Source of the DNA: Candidatus Cloacimonadales bacterium
GTDB taxonomy: Bacteria; Cloacimonadota; Cloacimonadia; Cloacimonadales; WRIO01
DNA: 64,000 nt
Assembly (NCBI GenBank): GCA_041654875.1
Contig: JBAZCP010000003.1
Location: 4,971 to 68,970 of the forward strand
Direction: 5' to 3'
Of this stretch, positions 1-10,725 are shown piece after piece. Every line of letters begins with the position of its first letter. Position 1 is the first letter of the stretch. The translations under genes and the position numbers were made by a program. The notes under the pieces are model-generated. The model searched no databases and had not been told where the DNA came from. It saw nothing but the letters and a program-made list of their open reading frames with translations.

Positions 1-977
1 TTTTGGATTATATTATGTCCAGTTTCTGAATCGTCACTGCTTAAATCTCCAAGTATTGGTGTTGCACCTTCACCTATGTAAAATGCTGTGAAGTTGCCAG
101 TTATTTCGTTATGCCTAATTATTGGAGATGAGGATGCACCAGCAATCATGAAACCAGCACCTGAGTCAGCATTACCTGAGATGAAGTTATTTCTTATTAT
201 ATTATACTCAAAAAGACCTGACACTTGTCTTAAGTTCAGCCCAGTAAGATTATTTTCTATGATATTGTGTCTTACAATGGGATTAATTCTCGAATTACTT
301 GTAAGGTCCCATCCATTAATTCCCTGTTTAAGATTATGATGAATTCTGTTGTATTGGATAACAGGATTATTTTCTCCATTTGCACTTTGATTTGATAGGT
401 GAATAGCTCCATAATATTGAGCACCAAGTCCATTATTAAAAATATCACAGTACTCAATAGTAACGTTAGAATTTTGTGAGATATTTATTCCTGATTTTAT
501 TGCTCCAGATACTTTTGTATGCTTAATGTTTGTCTCAGCTGGACCATTTATTCCGAAAATATTTATACAATAGTTTAATGCATCATTAATATGGCAATAA
601 TATACATCGACTGGTGAATTTACAGTCCTCACACCATCTTCAATATTCTCGATTTTGCAAAAAGATAAAGTACTTGTTTCAGTTGTTGAGGTAAATTTTA
701 TACCTTTCCAACGACTCTCACCTACAAAGTAAATAGAATCATTCTCAGTTCCAATAGCTGTGATATGTCCTTCGACTAAAATCTGTACATTACCGCTAAC
801 ATTCACTTCAACACCAGGATTTATAATAAGAGATGCACCTTCAGGTATTGTAATGTCGCTTATAACATTGTATGGGTTATTATCTGCTGTCCATGTTCCA
901 GATTGAGTACCTGACACATCAGTTGCAAGAAGTAACACAGATCCCATTATCATTATAAATATCATTATCGTTTTCAT
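1..977 (-). CDS. Secreted right-handed parallel beta-helix repeat protein; N-terminal 325 codons, C-terminus lies beyond the window start
   Basis: Not in the ORF track because there is no stop in the window. I checked the reverse frame codon by codon from ATG 977..975 down to position 3 and found no stop. AGGAGGG at 982-988 lies 5 nt upstream. The product starts MKTIMIFIMIMGSVLLLATDVSG (signal peptide). It continues with repeated turns (IEYCDIFNNG, IRHNIIENN, YNIIRNNFISGN, IRHNEITGN) typical of pectate-lyase-like beta-helices. Confidence 0.8.
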   Translation of the reverse strand, partial: MKTIMIFIMIMGSVLLLATDVSGTQSGTWTADNNPYNVISDITIPEGASLIINPGVEVNVSGNVQILVEGHITAIGTENDSIYFVGESRWKGIKFTSTTETSTLSFCKIENIEDGVRTVNSPVDVYYCHINDALNYCINIFGINGPAETNIKHTKVSGAIKSGINISQNSNVTIEYCDIFNNGLGAQYYGAIHLSNQSANGENNPVIQYNRIHHNLKQGINGWDLTSNSRINPIVRHNIIENNLTGLNLRQVSGLFEYNIIRNNFISGNADSGAGFMIAGASSSPIIRHNEITGNFTAFYIGEGATPILGDLSSDDSETGHNIIQ

Positions 978-1184
978 TTCGCCCTCCTTATTTGGCATTT
1001 ATCGATTTATGCACACTTTATTTAGGTTTATAAATAAAGCTACATTAAAAGTCAAGAGATTTTTCTTAAATATTAAAAATTATTTATAAAATAATACATA
1101 GTAACCGTTAGAACACATCAAATCTAATCATTTTTATTAATACTATTTTACTTATTATCGTTGGTGAAAGTATAAAATATAGAG

Positions 1185-1214
1185 ATAATAAAGGGCAGCT
1201 TTGTATAGCTGCCC
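1185..1214 (-). terminator. Rho-independent terminator downstream of the chemoreceptor gene
   Basis: On the minus strand, GGGCAGC (1214-1208) and GCTGCCC (1199-1193) form a 7-bp stem with an 8-nt loop, followed by TTTATTAT. It lies 23 nt after the stop at 1237. Confidence 0.55.
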
Positions 1215-1236
1215 ATGTAAATTTCATTTAAATTGA

Positions 1237-3567
1237 TTAGATTTTAAATTTATTTATCAACTCATCGAGGCTTTTTGTTAGCTTCTCAATTTCTTGAGAG
1301 CTGACGTAAATTGAATTTGATGTTGTAGTATTGATACGTGACGCATTTGCCAAGCTTTGCATAATACTATTGATTTCGTTCATACCTACAGATATTTGTT
1401 GAATACTTCGAGCAATTTCAGATACGCCTTGTTCAGCTTCATTTGAATTCAATGCGACATCATTTGCAGATTTCGCAGAGGAATTAGTTGATTGTGCAAT
1501 TTGATTTACAGCTATTGTGGCTTGATCCATATTGCGACTAACGTTCTTTACATTATCGTCTATTTCTGATATGTATTTACCCATTGAATTTGTGTCAATA
1601 GCTACATTACCAACAGCTTTTGATATCTCATTAGTTGTAATAGATTGCTCTTCTACACTTGATGCAATTAACATGTTTGTTTCATTTATACTTCTAATAG
1701 TATTTGTAATTTTATCAATAAGCTTTACAGCGTTTTCACTCGCTATTTGAACTTGATTAATGTCAGATGAAATTTTTTCTGTTGCAATAGTAGTCTGGTT
1801 AGCAAGTTCTTTTACTTCACTTGCAACTACAGCAAAACCCTTACCAGCTTCGCCTGCACTTGCAGCTTCAATAGTTGCGTTTAGTGCCAACATATTAGTT
1901 TGATCAGCGATATCTGATATCACCTTTACTATTTTACCAATTGATTGTGCTATACCTTGCAATTCAGCCATAGATTTGGCAGCTTGTGATGCTTCTTTAT
2001 CAGCTTCACTGGAGACATTACTTGCATACTGAGTATTTTTTGAAATCTCCGAAATTGATACACTCATTTCTTCAATTGCTGATGCAGTGCTATTTACTCC
2101 ATTTAGAATTCTATTCATACTAACAGTTGTATCGTTGATGTTTTGAGCCATAACAGTAACTGCATTTGATACATCTGCCACATTAACTGATGTTTGTTCT
2201 GATGCAGCAGCTGCAGATATAGCTTCTTCAGACATGTGTGATGCTGTACTTGCAACAGATTTAACATTAGTCGAAGCTTGCTCTGCACCACTGGCAATTA
2301 CGCTAATATTTGTATTTATTTCTTCGCTCGCTGCCGAAGCATTATCTACTTGCAAGTTTAGACTATCTGACTGCTGTGATAGAGTCTGTGAAGATTGATA
2401 CATTTCTTTTACATTACTAACCAATGCTTGATTAATGCTTGTAATATTCTTCACAATATCATGCAGTTTTTCGATAAAGAGATTAAAGTATTTGGCTACT
2501 TGTCCAACTTCATCTTCTGAGTCTGTCGGTATGCGTACTCTTAAATCACCTTCACCTTCAGACAAGTCTTTAAATACATTCACAAGACTTATTATTGGAG
2601 CTATAAGCTTTTTGCTAAAAACTATCAAGAATATAACTAACACAAGAATAATTAATATAAAGAAGAATAATTGAGCAAACATAAGCTTTCTTATATATTT
2701 TGTAATCTCTGACTTTTCAAGTGCTATCCCAAGACTCCAAAAGGTGTCAGAATCAGCAATAGAAAATGGACGATAAATTTGGTAAGCATCCTGATTAGTT
2801 GAAATGGATTTTTTGTTAAGCATAAATTCTTTCCCAAATTTGACGCTTTCTTTTATAAATTCTTTATCAGATGCATTATCGATATCTCCAATTATTTCGT
2901 TTATAATATCTGTTTTAGGGTGCGACACAAAAGCACCATTGTTACTTAATAAAATACCATAACTATTCTCGTATGGTTTTATCTGACCAACGTAATCTTG
3001 AAAGTATTTCATTGATAAATCTACACCAGCCACACCGTATATTTCTCCTGTTTGACTTATCATAGGATATGAAATTGTGATAGCAAGCACGTCCTCGCCT
3101 TGTACTTCATAAAAATCAGGATCTAAAATAACTTCCTTTTTTCTTGATATAGGTAATTTGTAATAATCAGAAGAAGACTCGTTGCTATCATATTCCATGC
3201 AAATATCAAGATTAATTCCAGTTGAGCGATTCCAATAAGGTACCATTCGCCCTTCTGCTGAATTTCCTGGTGTGTAAATATACTCATTATCTTTTCCATC
3301 AAGTGCATTGGGTTCCCAAACTGTGAATACCCCTAAAACATCTGAGTTTTCTTCTAAAACTTTTTTTAGAACACTGTTTACATTTTCTCTTGTTAATTCA
3401 TCTCTATCCCTTTGTGCAACAAATGTATGAGCTAAAGTTTTTGCAATAGTTACATTTTCTTCAAGTTTTCCTTTAATAAAGTTGGCATAACGATAAGACA
3501 TTTGTGATGTTTCATTAAGCATAACTTCTTCAATTGAATTATTTGTCATCCAAGAGCTTATTATCAA
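1237..3567 (-). CDS. Methyl-accepting chemotaxis protein (dCache-type periplasmic sensor, TM, HAMP, MA signalling domain); N-terminal signal-anchor is encoded out of frame upstream
   Basis: 776-aa ORF. The C-terminal half contains the highly conserved MCP hairpin ([36 protein letters not shown]). A TM helix ([21 protein letters not shown]) is followed by a HAMP-like segment. The N-terminal ~290 aa look like a Cache sensor. The track start is TTG. Confidence 0.9.
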   Translation of the reverse strand: MIISSWMTNNSIEEVMLNETSQMSYRYANFIKGKLEENVTIAKTLAHTFVAQRDRDELTRENVNSVLKKVLEENSDVLGVFTVWEPNALDGKDNEYIYTPGNSAEGRMVPYWNRSTGINLDICMEYDSNESSSDYYKLPISRKKEVILDPDFYEVQGEDVLAITISYPMISQTGEIYGVAGVDLSMKYFQDYVGQIKPYENSYGILLSNNGAFVSHPKTDIINEIIGDIDNASDKEFIKESVKFGKEFMLNKKSISTNQDAYQIYRPFSIADSDTFWSLGIALEKSEITKYIRKLMFAQLFFFILIILVLVIFLIVFSKKLIAPIISLVNVFKDLSEGEGDLRVRIPTDSEDEVGQVAKYFNLFIEKLHDIVKNITSINQALVSNVKEMYQSSQTLSQQSDSLNLQVDNASAASEEINTNISVIASGAEQASTNVKSVASTASHMSEEAISAAAASEQTSVNVADVSNAVTVMAQNINDTTVSMNRILNGVNSTASAIEEMSVSISEISKNTQYASNVSSEADKEASQAAKSMAELQGIAQSIGKIVKVISDIADQTNMLALNATIEAASAGEAGKGFAVVASEVKELANQTTIATEKISSDINQVQIASENAVKLIDKITNTIRSINETNMLIASSVEEQSITTNEISKAVGNVAIDTNSMGKYISEIDDNVKNVSRNMDQATIAVNQIAQSTNSSAKSANDVALNSNEAEQGVSEIARSIQQISVGMNEINSIMQSLANASRINTTTSNSIYVSSQEIEKLTKSLDELINKFKI

Positions 3568-3650
3568 TAAAATGATAAAGCAGGAATCAGAAGTGCCATT
3601 AGTGAAAATAGTAATTTTTTCACCATTGGCAAATTTTTGTAGTTAAACAT
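3564..3650 (-). other. Out-of-frame N-terminal segment (TM1) of the chemoreceptor gene; apparent 1-nt frameshift
   Basis: ATG 3650..3648 sits 3 nt after GGAGGA (3659-3654). It encodes [28 protein letters not shown] and stops at TGA 3566..3564, which overlaps the TTG start (3567..3565) of the main ORF in a frame offset by one nucleotide. Confidence 0.6.
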
Positions 3651-3712
3651 TGATCCTCCATATGATTATTCTTAATATGAATATAAGCAATTTTGTCTAT
3701 TAAGCAACATTT

Positions 3713-3740
3713 AAAAAAAAGGGAGACAATAAAGTCTCCC
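3713..3740 (-). terminator. Rho-independent terminator after nifJ
   Basis: Minus strand: GGGAGAC / TTTATT loop / GTCTCCC, followed by T8 (the A-run at 3713-3720 on plus). It lies 22 nt after the stop at 3762. Confidence 0.7.
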
Positions 3741-3761
3741 TTTATATTCTCTAAATGTTAA

Positions 3762-6700
3762 TTATTTGTCTAAGCCAGCAAATCGTCTATAAGATGCATA
3801 GCGTTCTTTAACAAATTCAGCCATCTTTTCACGATACTCTTTTGCTGCGTCTGGAGCAGTGCGATGTAATGATGTGTAGCGTGTTTCTCCATTAATGAAG
3901 TCTCTAACGTCTTTAGAAGGCTCTCTGGAATCTAAAGTAAATGGGTTTTTACCTTCAAGTTTATTCATTGGATTATATCGGTAAAGTAACCAATACCCAG
4001 AATCTACTGCTCTTTTTTCTTCGATTTGAGATTCTGCCATATTAATACCATGATTAATACATGGTGAGTATGCTAAAATTATTGATGGTCCATCATATGC
4101 TTCTGCTTCTTTAATTGCATTGAGAAGCTGTGCTTTGTTTGCACCCATTGCAACAGATGCAACATAAATGTATCCATAGCTCATTAATATCATACCGAGA
4201 TCTTTTTTAACTGTAGGCTTGCCAGCTTCAGCAAAACGTGCAACTGAACCAATAGGTGTAGCTTTTGATGCTTGTCCGCCAGTATTTGAATATACTTCGG
4301 TATCCATTACGAGTACGTTAATATCATTGTTTGATGCTAATACATGATCTAATCCACCAAATCCAATATCATAAGCCCATCCATCGCCACCAAATGCCCA
4401 AACAGATTTTGGAGTAAAATAGCCTTTTAATTCTATGATTTTACGTAATAAATCTTTAGCTTCGCCAGTAGCCTTTTCCATTTCTGAGTTAAGCATTGCT
4501 TTTACTTTTTTTGCATTTCCTTTTGCATCTTCTTCTTTGGAATCCCAGTTTTCTAATGCAAAATTAAAGCCTGCTTTTAGTTCTGCATTGATATCTAATG
4601 TGATAGCTTTATTTAAAGCTGATTTTAAGAGTTTGCGATTTGAATTGATGCCAAGTCTCATACCTAATCCATATTCAGCATTATCTTCAAACAATGAATT
4701 GCCCCAAGCAGGACCTTCACCATCTTTGTTTTTGCAATAAGGAATATTTGGGAATGTTCCACCCCAAATAGACGAACAACCTGTAGCGTTTGCAATCACC
4801 ATTCTATCGCCATAAAGCTGAGTAATTAACTTAACATATGGTGTTTCTCCGCAACCAGCACATGCACCTGAGAACTCCATTAATGGTTGTTTAAATTGTG
4901 AGCCTTTGACAGTGTTTTCTTTCCATTCTCCAATATTATCTTCTGGTAAATTGATAAAGAATTTATAATTATCTTCTTCACCATTTTCTCTTTCTTCAGA
5001 TATTGGTTTCATTTCTAATGCAGATTTTGGGCATTCGTTAACACAAACAGCACAACCTTGACAGTCGTCTATATACACTTGAATTTTATATTGTAAGTCA
5101 TTTTTACCAAGAGCTTTAATTGTATTGAAACTATTTGGAGCATCTTTTAAATCGTCTTGTGTCATTTGTTTTGGGCGGATAGCTGCATGAGGACAAACAA
5201 AGGCACATTGGTTACATTGAATACAAATTTCAGCATTCCAGTGTGGAACAAATGCTGCGACACCGCGTTTTTCTAAAGCAGCGGTACCAACATCAATAAC
5301 ACCATCAATTGGCATTTGAGAAACAGTAATTTGATCACCTTTTTCTCTCATAATTGGTTCCATAACTGTTTTTACAAATATATTTGCATCATCTGGAATA
5401 AGTTTTTTCATAGGAGTAAATTTACCAGGTAATTCTGTTGGAACCATTACTTCAACTAAAGCTGCGTCTGTCATGTCAACAGCTTTCCAGTTCATATCGA
5501 CAACTTCCTGCCCTCTTTTGCTATAAGAATCTTTGATAGATTTTTTTATCATTTCAATAGCTTCTTTACGATCAAGTACACCAGAAACCAAGAAGAATGC
5601 TGTCTGCATTACTGTGTTAATACGAGCTCCAAGTCCAACTTCATTTGAAATACTAAGTGCGTCAATATTATAGAATTTAATTTTCTTTTCTATTATTGTT
5701 CTTTGCATATCTTCAGTTAGATGTTCGAAAGCTTCTTCTGTTGACCAATTTGAGTTTAATAGAAATGTTCCGCCTTCATTAATTCCTGATAAGATATCAT
5801 ATCTTCCAATAAAAGCTTGATTATGACATGCAACAAAGTCTGGTTTTTGTACTAAATATTGAGATTGTATTCTTGCTTTACCAAATCTTAAGTGGCTACG
5901 TGTAATTCCACCAGACTTTTTTGAATCATATTGAAAATAGCCTTGTGAATAAAGATCAGTATTATCTCCAATAATTTTAATAGAGTTTTTATTAGCACCG
6001 ACAGTACCATCAGAGCCTAATCCCCAAAACATACAACTTGTAGTACCTGCGGGTATTGAGTTTATTTCTTCGGTAATTTCAAGTGATAAATGTGTAACAT
6101 CATCAGTAATACCCACAGTAAATCCATGGGTGCATTTGCCGTCTAAATGATCATAAACAGCTTTTACCATAGAAGGTGTAAATTCTTTTGAAGAAAGTCC
6201 ATATCTACCACCAATGATAGTTATATCTTTTCTATCTTTTAATGCTGTTACAACATCTTGATATAATGGTTCGCCAAGTGAGCCTGGCTCTTTTGTTCGA
6301 TCGAGAACAGCTATTTTTTTGACACTTGCAGGAATAATATCTGTAAAGTGTTTTAATGAGAAAGGTCTATATAAACGAACTTTAATTAGTCCAAGCTTTT
6401 CACCTTTTGAGTTAAGATAAGTAATAGCTTCTTCGATGGTATCAACACCGCTGCCCATTGCAACGATAACTTTTGTCGCATCCTGTGCTCCAACATAATC
6501 AAAAAGCTTATACTTTCTTCCTGTAACTTTAGATACTTTTTCCATATATTCTTCAACAATTGCTGGGCAAGCATCAATAAATGGATTTACTGTTTCACGC
6601 CCTTGAAAATATACGTCTGGATTCTGAGCTCCAACCTTTATTTTTGGGTTTTCTGGATTTAAAGCACGTGAGCGAAACTCTTCAATATACTCTGGTTCAA

Positions 6701-7286
6701 CAAGAGATGCAATTGATTCATAATCAAGCTCTTCAACTTTTTGAATTTCATGAGAAGTACGGAATCCATCAAAGAAATGTACAAATGGAATCCTACTTTT
6801 TAAAGTTGCTAAATGGGCAACTGTTGCAAGATCCATAATTTCCTGAACTGATGCGGATGCTAAAAGTGCCCAGCCAGTATTACGAACAGACATGACGTCT
6901 GAATGATCACCAAAGATTGATAATGATTGAGCAGCTAATGAACGTGCAGAAACGTGGAATACTGTTGGGATGAGCTCTCCAGCAATTTTATGCATATTTG
7001 GTATCATTAGTAATAATCCTTGAGATGCTGTGAAAGTTGTTGTCATAGCTCCAGCAGCCAAAGCACCGTGTACAGCACCAGCAGCTCCTGCTTCTGATTG
7101 CATTTCCACAATATCAACTTTTTCACCGAAAATATTCTTTTTGTCTTTAGATGCCCATGCATCTGCAAGCTCTCCCATCACAGATGATGGCGTAATAGGA
7201 TAGATTGCTGCTACATCACTAAAAGCATATGCTATATGAGCCGCTGCATTGTTTCCATCCATTGAATGCTTTTCAAATTTTCTCAT
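3762..7286 (-). CDS. nifJ: Pyruvate:ferredoxin (flavodoxin) oxidoreductase, single-chain PFOR
   Basis: 1174 aa. It has the characteristic N-terminus (MDGNNAAAHIAYAFSDVAAIYPITPSS), two 4Fe-4S motifs (CIQCNQCAFVCPHAAIRP and CQGCAVCVNECP), and a TPP-binding region (GGDGWAYDIGFGGLDHV). Confidence 0.97.
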   Translation of the reverse strand: MRKFEKHSMDGNNAAAHIAYAFSDVAAIYPITPSSVMGELADAWASKDKKNIFGEKVDIVEMQSEAGAAGAVHGALAAGAMTTTFTASQGLLLMIPNMHKIAGELIPTVFHVSARSLAAQSLSIFGDHSDVMSVRNTGWALLASASVQEIMDLATVAHLATLKSRIPFVHFFDGFRTSHEIQKVEELDYESIASLVEPEYIEEFRSRALNPENPKIKVGAQNPDVYFQGRETVNPFIDACPAIVEEYMEKVSKVTGRKYKLFDYVGAQDATKVIVAMGSGVDTIEEAITYLNSKGEKLGLIKVRLYRPFSLKHFTDIIPASVKKIAVLDRTKEPGSLGEPLYQDVVTALKDRKDITIIGGRYGLSSKEFTPSMVKAVYDHLDGKCTHGFTVGITDDVTHLSLEITEEINSIPAGTTSCMFWGLGSDGTVGANKNSIKIIGDNTDLYSQGYFQYDSKKSGGITRSHLRFGKARIQSQYLVQKPDFVACHNQAFIGRYDILSGINEGGTFLLNSNWSTEEAFEHLTEDMQRTIIEKKIKFYNIDALSISNEVGLGARINTVMQTAFFLVSGVLDRKEAIEMIKKSIKDSYSKRGQEVVDMNWKAVDMTDAALVEVMVPTELPGKFTPMKKLIPDDANIFVKTVMEPIMREKGDQITVSQMPIDGVIDVGTAALEKRGVAAFVPHWNAEICIQCNQCAFVCPHAAIRPKQMTQDDLKDAPNSFNTIKALGKNDLQYKIQVYIDDCQGCAVCVNECPKSALEMKPISEERENGEEDNYKFFINLPEDNIGEWKENTVKGSQFKQPLMEFSGACAGCGETPYVKLITQLYGDRMVIANATGCSSIWGGTFPNIPYCKNKDGEGPAWGNSLFEDNAEYGLGMRLGINSNRKLLKSALNKAITLDINAELKAGFNFALENWDSKEEDAKGNAKKVKAMLNSEMEKATGEAKDLLRKIIELKGYFTPKSVWAFGGDGWAYDIGFGGLDHVLASNNDINVLVMDTEVYSNTGGQASKATPIGSVARFAEAGKPTVKKDLGMILMSYGYIYVASVAMGANKAQLLNAIKEAEAYDGPSIILAYSPCINHGINMAESQIEEKRAVDSGYWLLYRYNPMNKLEGKNPFTLDSREPSKDVRDFINGETRYTSLHRTAPDAAKEYREKMAEFVKERYASYRRFAGLDK

Positions 7287-7595
7287 GTTGTATCTCCTTT
7301 TATTTTTTATAATAAATATACTTCTTATATAGTTTAAAGATATTTTCAGTGCTTATTTGTCAATGATTATTTTGTTTATCAATAAGATTGTTTAAAACAT
7401 CTCAATATTGCAATATCCTGATCATCTTTAAACTAATTGACATAAGAACCTCGATAGCTATTATCAACAAAAAACCGTTGATTAAGTTATAGTTTTGTAC
7501 AAATTCCATGCATAAGTATTGCTTTTACAATCTGGTCATTAGCATATTATTATGCTTTGTAAAAAAGTGAAAAATATATCTGTAAAAATAATATA

Positions 7596-8204
7596 TTATT
7601 CCTCAGTACCTGCCAACTCAGGATACAGCTTTTTTATACATATAGGGCACAAACTATGAGTAAACTCTGCATTAGTATGATCTCTTATATACTCTTCAAC
7701 TTGAAACCAATAACCTTTATCATTGCGTACATTTTTACAATTTGAGCATATAGGTATTAAACCTGACAATTCTTTTATTTGCCTATTTTTTTCTTGTAAC
7801 TGATTTATAAGCTCACTCTTTTCTTTATCTATCTTTTTTTGATACAATGCGATTTCAATATTTATCTGTAACTCTCTATCTGTAACTGGCTTTATAATAT
7901 ACGCATATGGTGATGTAATTTTTGCTCTTTGGAAGGTTTCTTCATCCACCATAGATGTTAAAAACAAAATAGGTACATCAGTTTGATTGTGAATCAGCTT
8001 TGCTGTTTCAATACCATCAAGCATCCCATCAAGCATAACATCCATTAAGATAATATCTGGTTTTAATACTTCTACATGCTCAATTGCATCTTCACCTTTA
8101 CTAAAAACTCCAACCAATTCATAACCAATTTTTGGTATTCTTCTTTTTAAATCAATAATAATTATAGAATCATCTTCTACAACAAGAACTTTTAATTTAC
8201 TCAT
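7596..8204 (-). CDS. Response regulator: REC domain + coiled coil + C-terminal CxxC...CxxC Cys-rich module
   Basis: REC motifs are present (VLVVEDD, ILMDVMLDG, K in IIKP). The C-terminus is IPICSNCKNVRNDKGYWFQVEEYIRDHTNAEFTHSLCPICIKKLYPE. Confidence 0.9.
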   Translation of the reverse strand: MSKLKVLVVEDDSIIIIDLKRRIPKIGYELVGVFSKGEDAIEHVEVLKPDIILMDVMLDGMLDGIETAKLIHNQTDVPILFLTSMVDEETFQRAKITSPYAYIIKPVTDRELQINIEIALYQKKIDKEKSELINQLQEKNRQIKELSGLIPICSNCKNVRNDKGYWFQVEEYIRDHTNAEFTHSLCPICIKKLYPELAGTEE

Positions 8205-8222
8205 TATATTTCTCCAATATCA

Positions 8223-10595
8223 TTATTTCAACACGTCTTTGAGCATATCAAAATCGAATGGCTTTATTAGAACGTTGTTAAAACTATATTCTTTATAGTT
8301 TGACATCACAGGATCTGTAGAATAGCCAGATGTCACAATAGCATAAACTGAATCATTGAATTCCCTGATAAGTTTTATTGCTTCTTTTCCTCCCATTTTA
8401 CCTGGTATAGTCAAGTCCATTATCAAATAATCAATCTTGATTTTCTTTGAATGATATTCTTTTAAGATTTCAACAGCTTCCTCACCATCCTCGCTTAAAA
8501 TAACATTATAACCCATATATTCAAGCATCTCTTTGCCAATAAACCTTATCTGTTTGTCATCATCCATTAATAAAACATACTTTTTCTTGTCACTTGGTTT
8601 TTTCTCAATACTACTATTTTCCATAATTCCCTCTCTTTCTTCCTGCACAATAGGTAAGTATATATTTACTGTTGTCCCCTTTTGATTATTAGCTATCATT
8701 TCTATTGTTCCATGATGTTTTTTGATTATTGAATATGAAATCGTGATACCCAATCCTGTATTACCCAACTTTGTTGAATAATATGGATCATATATATGCT
8801 CGAGTTGATCGTCTTTAACACCTATCCCTTCATCACAAATTGTGATTTTCAAATATTCACCTGGACAAAGTCTCTGTACATTATTTGCACCTATAAATCT
8901 AATGCAAGATGTTATTTTAATTACTCCACCTTCAGGCATAGCTTCACATGCGTTTATAATAATATTTTGGATAGCTTGGCTGAGCTGTCCAGAGTCTGCT
9001 TTAATTGTTGTAACACCTTGATATAAATCAAAATTTACAACACAGTTTGAACTCTTCAAACAAAAATTTAGAGTATCCACAATCAGACTATTTATATCAA
9101 TAATACTAAAAACTGGATCCCCTCCATCCGCAAATGTCAAAAGATGATTTGTCAAATATTGGGCTTTATTTGTAGCCTTTATTGCTTCATCTGCAAGATG
9201 TGAGATATTGCTATCTTTATCTGTTAACATCTTTATCATTGATAGGTTTCCGATTACTGTTGTCATTATATTATTAAAGCCATGTGCTAATCCTCCTGCT
9301 AATTGGCTTAAAGATGCAAGTTTCTTTGATAATAAGTTTTGCTCTTCAAGCTGCTTTCTCTCTGTAATTTTTTGTACGATACATAAATATTCTTTATCTC
9401 CTAATGGAGCCATTTGAGATAAAAAATGTTCAAGTTTATTGTTAATTATAAAACTGCATTCATGTACTTGAACCTGTTTGGTGGCTTTAACAAGCATAAT
9501 TATTTCTAACAATTGTTCAGCATTTTCCTTTGGCAATACTTTAAAAGCATTGCTTCCAATAATCTCATTTGGAGGCACAAACAATTCTTCTATGCTTGAG
9601 GCTTTGTAGTCTACAAAATCACCGTTTTCATTAAATATGAATAATAAATTAGGGCTTGCTTGCAAGATAGCTTCATTTCTTTGCTGGCTTGCCATCAGTT
9701 TTTCTAAAGTATCATTCAGTTCATTTGTTTTAGACTTTATCCTTTTTTGTAAAAAATAGGAAAAATACAAAAGAGCTAAAACAGTGCTTATCAGGAATAA
9801 AGATATAGCATATACCTGAATCTTATATCTTTCAAAATTAAACGTTGAAACCTCTTTTTGATGCCATTTTCCCTTGATATCATTTATTTCCTCATTTGAT
9901 ATCAAATCAAACCCACTTTCAATGAGCTTCAATAAATATTTATTCTCTTTTAAAACTGCATAATGAAGTTGACCTGTATATAATACAAATGCAAGACGAT
10001 AATCTTTATTATATTTCATCCGATTTAAATAATATAAAGCTGGAGGTTCGTCAACTGAAAATACATTGATATTATGACTAACTGCTGCATTAATAATGTC
10101 GCAATAAGTGTCATATTCTTTGATGCCTGTAATATTGGATGCCTTAAAAAATTCTATGACGGCATCTCCAGATTTTACTCCTATTACATAGCTTTTTAAA
10201 TCCTCTAATACATTAATACCAAACAAATCTTTTTTTACAAACACTGGCACTTTGATATCTGCATATGGTTTACCATATTCTAAAAAAACAGCACGCTCTG
10301 CAGTATAAAAGGCTGTTTCTAATACATGAACTTCACCACTTTTGACTGATTCAATCGCTTCTTCCCAATTTTCAGCTATAAATATCACCTTTATTCCTGT
10401 TTTATTTTCCCATTTTTTCCATTTATCATACAGAATACCCTGATACTTTCCATTTTCTTCTTTAAAAAAATATGGAGGATAATTATTATCTATAGCTATC
10501 TTTAACTCTGTAAGCGGTGAATTATGCGTAAAACCATATGAAATATTTGAAAGTAAGCATAAAGCTAATAGCATTAAAAATATATTCTTTTTCAT
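8223..10595 (-). CDS. Hybrid sensor histidine kinase (periplasmic solute-binding-like domain, TM, PAS-like, HisKA, HATPase_c, REC)
   Basis: The signal/TM segment is followed by a type-3 SBP-like region (IAIDNNYPPYFF). An H-box is present (LAGGLAHGFNNIM), along with ATPase N/G boxes (NIIINACEAM, DEGIGV, GLGITISYSII). The C-terminal receiver is VLLMDDD..LIMDLTIPG. The track start (10613) is TTG. I prefer the ATG at 10595, which follows AGGAGG. Confidence 0.9.
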   Translation of the reverse strand: MKKNIFLMLLALCLLSNISYGFTHNSPLTELKIAIDNNYPPYFFKEENGKYQGILYDKWKKWENKTGIKVIFIAENWEEAIESVKSGEVHVLETAFYTAERAVFLEYGKPYADIKVPVFVKKDLFGINVLEDLKSYVIGVKSGDAVIEFFKASNITGIKEYDTYCDIINAAVSHNINVFSVDEPPALYYLNRMKYNKDYRLAFVLYTGQLHYAVLKENKYLLKLIESGFDLISNEEINDIKGKWHQKEVSTFNFERYKIQVYAISLFLISTVLALLYFSYFLQKRIKSKTNELNDTLEKLMASQQRNEAILQASPNLLFIFNENGDFVDYKASSIEELFVPPNEIIGSNAFKVLPKENAEQLLEIIMLVKATKQVQVHECSFIINNKLEHFLSQMAPLGDKEYLCIVQKITERKQLEEQNLLSKKLASLSQLAGGLAHGFNNIMTTVIGNLSMIKMLTDKDSNISHLADEAIKATNKAQYLTNHLLTFADGGDPVFSIIDINSLIVDTLNFCLKSSNCVVNFDLYQGVTTIKADSGQLSQAIQNIIINACEAMPEGGVIKITSCIRFIGANNVQRLCPGEYLKITICDEGIGVKDDQLEHIYDPYYSTKLGNTGLGITISYSIIKKHHGTIEMIANNQKGTTVNIYLPIVQEEREGIMENSSIEKKPSDKKKYVLLMDDDKQIRFIGKEMLEYMGYNVILSEDGEEAVEILKEYHSKKIKIDYLIMDLTIPGKMGGKEAIKLIREFNDSVYAIVTSGYSTDPVMSNYKEYSFNNVLIKPFDFDMLKDVLK

Positions 10596-10624
10596 ACATT
10601 CCTCCTTATACAAATTATAGCATA

Positions 10625-10653
10625 ATTCTACAATATAAAATTATAATTGTCAA
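10625..10653 (-). promoter_or_regulatory. Sigma70-type promoter for the kinase/regulator pair
   Basis: Minus strand: TTGACA (10653-10648), 17-nt spacer, TAGAAT (10630-10625), about 30 nt upstream of the start codon. Confidence 0.5.
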
Positions 10654-10725
10654 ACTTATTTTGAAAAAAGACTAATTCTATTTTCAAGCCTTACATGATT
10701 TGTACCTTCCTTATCGAGTTAATTT

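Noticed and set aside
88-457. Track ORFs 88..339 (+) and 272..457 (-)
   Set aside because: Both lie inside the verified open frame of the partial beta-helix gene (1..977, minus strand) in other frames. The beta-helix frame has a strong RBS, a signal peptide and a repeat structure.
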